Shown here in pieces: positions 61,335 to 64,000 of a DNA stretch of 64,000 bases. Made by a program: the position numbers and the translations under genes. Origin of the DNA: Bythopirellula sp. (GTDB lineage Bacteria; Planctomycetota; Planctomycetia; Pirellulales; Lacipirellulaceae). How positions within the stretch are numbered: the stretch's first letter is position 1; each line of letters opens with the position of its first letter. Under the pieces are notes generated by a model. It made no database searches. It was not told the origin of the DNA and saw only the letters and a list, made by a program, of their open reading frames with translations. The stretch covers positions 2,336,001 through 2,400,000 of the forward strand of contig OZ244170.1 of NCBI GenBank assembly GCA_965216565.1, in the 5' to 3' direction.

Positions 61335-62465
61335 TTAATAAACCCCAACCGTTGTGGATTGTTCCAATTTGTGGAATGGCCGCACGCCGCTCACACCGTC
61401 CCACGGATACCAGTTACTCGGAGGTTCTCGCTCTCCCTCGTCCCGTTCCAGGAATCCCGGCACGAAGAATTCCTTGGTAAGTGTGGTGAGTTTGATGCGC
61501 CCTGTCTCACCGTACTCTACGAGTCGATTGGAGTCTTCGAAGTCGACGACCTCGACCACTGCGCGAGGTTGTGGCGAGTGGTAAGTTATCTTGTAACCGT
61601 TCTCTTTACTAATGGGTTCACTGCAAGCGAGCCCCATGAGCGTATTTCCGTAGGTAGGCGTCATATAGATGCCACTTTCCTGCGGCGGCCCGCCGAAGAG
61701 TTCTTCCACGCAGAACTTTGTCCACTGCGGCGTAAACTCCGTGCCGCCAGAGAATATGCCGCAGATGCCCATTTCTGCCAGGCTCGTCCCACGATCTTCC
61801 AATGCCAAGCACAGTGCCTCGATCAACTTCGGCGTGCCAAACATGCATCGAACATCGTGGCCAGCTTCGAGAATTGTAATCGCCTGATCGATGCAGTGAT
61901 TCTTATATTCCTCGAGATGCTCCATCCACCCTTTCTTTATGAGCTTCACGACCCAGCGGGGATCGAGATCGATACAAAACGAAATACCACCGCGATGTTG
62001 GGCTAAATGCTCGACTGCCAACCGCAGCCTGCGCGGACCACTTGGCCCCAACATCAACCAGTTTGCCCCAGGCGGAAAATAGCGGTCCGGCAAGGTATCG
62101 CTGAACAGCGAATAATCGGTGCGAAAATCATCAATTGAAATTCGACTCTTCGGCGTGCCCGTCGTTCCTCCAGTTTCGAACACATAGACGGGCTTGTCCG
62201 CCATGGCCTGTGGCACCCAACGCCGCACTGGTCCGCCCCGCAACCACTCGTCTTGAAATGGCTCGAACTTCTGCAAGTCTTCGAAGCAAGAAATTTCCGA
62301 CAGTGGATCGAACTTGAGCGAACGTTTCTTTTCCAGCCAAAATGGGCAGCCTGTCGCATCGTCGAAGTGCCACCGCACTGTCTTTACAGTATGAGCATCC
62401 AACAGTGCTTTGGCAGAGTCGACGCGTGTGAGCGCATCTGACTGATCGTTCGACAAAGGAGACAT
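61335..62465 (-). CDS. Truncated ANL-type adenylating enzyme (GriC/EhpF-like)
   Basis: ETGGTTGTPK P-loop, GGT, TYGNT and ERD motifs. No C-terminal ANL subdomain. Start at MSPLSND. Confidence 0.72.
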   Translation of the reverse strand: MSPLSNDQSDALTRVDSAKALLDAHTVKTVRWHFDDATGCPFWLEKKRSLKFDPLSEISCFEDLQKFEPFQDEWLRGGPVRRWVPQAMADKPVYVFETGGTTGTPKSRISIDDFRTDYSLFSDTLPDRYFPPGANWLMLGPSGPRRLRLAVEHLAQHRGGISFCIDLDPRWVVKLIKKGWMEHLEEYKNHCIDQAITILEAGHDVRCMFGTPKLIEALCLALEDRGTSLAEMGICGIFSGGTEFTPQWTKFCVEELFGGPPQESGIYMTPTYGNTLMGLACSEPISKENGYKITYHSPQPRAVVEVVDFEDSNRLVEYGETGRIKLTTLTKEFFVPGFLERDEGEREPPSNWYPWDGVSGVRPFHKLEQSTTVGVY

Positions 62466-62647
62466 GGGTTTGCCTTTCGCTACGCAGCTATTGCGACGAA
62501 TCCGACAGGGAATACGACCTGGCAACCATGCCAAGTATCTATGGTTGAGCAATATCTTGAGCAACCATCAAAAAATAACGTATCGCCATTGGAACAGCAA
62601 GCTACCGAACGCGCATCCAACTCACTTATCTGCTCAAACTCGGGCAT

Positions 62648-62708
62648 AAAAAAAGCCACGGTCGGCAAGCCAGTCGCATGAAGCGAACGGCCAACTCTCC
62701 GTGGCTCT
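62648..62708 (-). terminator. Long irregular hairpin followed by U7 (terminator or attenuator)
   Basis: Minus strand AGCCACGG...TCGC-TTCAT-GCGA...CCGTGGCT followed by a T run. Confidence 0.55.
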
Positions 62709-62760
62709 GGGTTTTATATTCTATTCGGTTCGGGTTGCTTAGAAGCAGTATCTAAACCAA

Positions 62761-62839
62761 TGAGCCGAACGCGCTAGCGCCGGGTAGCATCAGAACAATA
62801 CCTAGACTTACGCTACCGGCGGCTAGCGCCTTCGGCTCA
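62761..62839. repeat. GCGCTAGC-family REP doublet (28-bp imperfect inverted repeat)
   Basis: TGAGCCGAACGCGCTAGCGCCGGGTAGC ... GCTACCGGCGGCTAGCGCCTTCGGCTCA. Confidence 0.8.
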
Positions 62840-62871
62840 CATAGAATTGTTTTCGATTCTTGAATCTGTTT

Positions 62872-63336
62872 CTAGTGAGGCTGTGATGTCGTAGCAGCAG
62901 GAGTACTGCTGAGCTGAGCAAGCACCTGGATCACACCATTGAGATGGGCAAGCCGCGGACCGAAGCGGTCCACGAATTCGTTCAACATAAATTCGCCATC
63001 TTCCATATCCTCGGCAGTGTCGCGAATCTCATCGGTCATGCGCTCCAGGTATTCTACCTGAACTCTCGAAAGCGATTCGGCTGCTTCTCGGCACGACTCC
63101 GCCAAATCGGGATTCGCGTGACGCCATTGATGCAATTCCTGGGAGCGCTGTTTGTGCGAACTTGCCATCACGGAGACTAAGTCTTCCAGCAATTCGTTCG
63201 TGCGATCTTGAGCGGCTAATACTTCTCGCAGCAACACGGTATTTTCGTCCCCTGATGAATCCGATTCAGAAGAACTACCGGCGCTAACGTCTACCTGTGA
63301 AAATATTGGGAGCGAAGGATGCTGACTCTGAGACAT
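62872..63336 (-). CDS. Conserved hypothetical coiled-coil protein (planctomycete-type)
   Basis: LLREVLAAQDRTNELLE and EFVDRFGPRLAHLNG. Helical composition. Confidence 0.75.
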   Translation of the reverse strand: MSQSQHPSLPIFSQVDVSAGSSSESDSSGDENTVLLREVLAAQDRTNELLEDLVSVMASSHKQRSQELHQWRHANPDLAESCREAAESLSRVQVEYLERMTDEIRDTAEDMEDGEFMLNEFVDRFGPRLAHLNGVIQVLAQLSSTPAATTSQPH

Positions 63337-63819
63337 GTTAGAAGGTTATCCTTTTGTGTTTCTAAGTCTGTGTTTCGAAGAACGAGTCGATGAGGAGTGA
63401 AATGAGTTCCAGCTTGTCCATTGTCACTGGGATTGGAAGTCACCTACTGAGACCCCATCTTGAGAAGACAGGAAACGTAGGTCGATGCCAGGGAGGTAAT
63501 CCTAGGCAAGTTCTTGGCCTGGATGGCCATGGAGGGTAAAAGTGCCTCTTTGCTGCTAAAGTAGTTGACACCGCTAGCAAGAAACCCCCCAGCGGCTCTT
63601 ACTACTGCGATCAAATGATCTGGATACGTCCCAGTTTAACGAAAACTTCCAGAAATTCCAGATTTCTGCACCCAACTTTTCCTCAATCCCCTGAATTCTA
63701 AAGTTCTGTACGGATCGGGTTCGATGGAGGGGTTATTGCCTCAGTCGAATGATGGGCAAAATTTAGGCCCACCGCCAACCCTTTCTGCGACCCACAGTCG
63801 GGTCACCCGCTGGATTTCA

Positions 63820-64000
63820 ATGCCCACCCAAACCGCTAAACCCTTGGCTGCCTTCGGCTTTTTGACGGCTATCGAAGATCCTACGCACGGGCTGTTCGGC
63901 GGCTATCTCACCCTCTCTACGCTCGGCAGGCCTTTGGAGTTTCATTGCACAACGCCCGTACTTCCCTCACCAGCCCAGGAAATCCTGTACGGGGCCTCGA
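63820..64000 (+). CDS. 5' part of a conserved planctomycete hypothetical protein (runs off the window)
   Basis: Own translation: MPTQTAKPLAAFGFLTAIEDPTHGLFGGYLTLSTLGRPLEFHCTTPVLPSPAQEILYGAS. Open to the window end. Confidence 0.65.
   Translation, partial: MPTQTAKPLAAFGFLTAIEDPTHGLFGGYLTLSTLGRPLEFHCTTPVLPSPAQEILYGAS

Noticed and set aside
59846..62465. Phenazine or lux biosynthesis
   Set aside because: No phzABDEFG or luxAB/D genes in the window.
63337..63819. ncRNA or tRNA in the 480-nt intergenic region
   Set aside because: No cloverleaf or known RNA motif recognised. Consistent with a divergent promoter region.

Overview
Gene-dense 64 kb bacterial segment, most likely a planctomycete (Pirellulales, Lacipirellulaceae-like). 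This assignment rests on PEP-CTERM proteins carrying paired GD(F/A)NxDGxVDGxDFLxWQ repeats, a planctomycete-type S18 and planctomycete-type hypothetical proteins. No rRNA, tRNA, CRISPR array or transposase was seen. Two candidate biosynthetic systems dominate. (1) About 2.1-22 kb: a translationally coupled lipid/polyketide operon. It encodes a 3,000-aa iterative type I PKS (KS, catalytically dead KS, AT, 3xACP, an embedded C45/Ntn-acyltransferase-like domain, KR, DH), an Sfp-type PPTase, a FabL-like enoyl reductase, a stand-alone condensation/acyltransferase and an MMPL exporter with a fused 500-aa extracytoplasmic tail. A thioester reductase-SCP2 gene lies divergently, and a MaoC dehydratase follows. 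(2) An apparently split terpenoid-aromatic system in three blocks (27.0-28.4, 31.2-41.7 and 54.1-62.5 kb). It has a class II terpene cyclase, a DUF116-polyprenyl synthase, a chorismate-lyase-like protein, a flavin halogenase-like enzyme, an SSS transporter, a GT4, two radical SAM enzymes, a GriC/GriD(EhpF/G)-like carboxylate reductase pair plus Fe-ADH, a beta-propeller, an orphan GcvH-like carrier, a ferredoxin, a thioesterase and a single-barrel prenyltransferase-like protein. Interspersed are metH, msrAB, rpsR, a beta-carbonic anhydrase, a PAS-HK/FixJ pair, three PEP-CTERM proteins and several REP/MITE-like inverted repeats. All calls come from reading motifs by eye; no searches were run.
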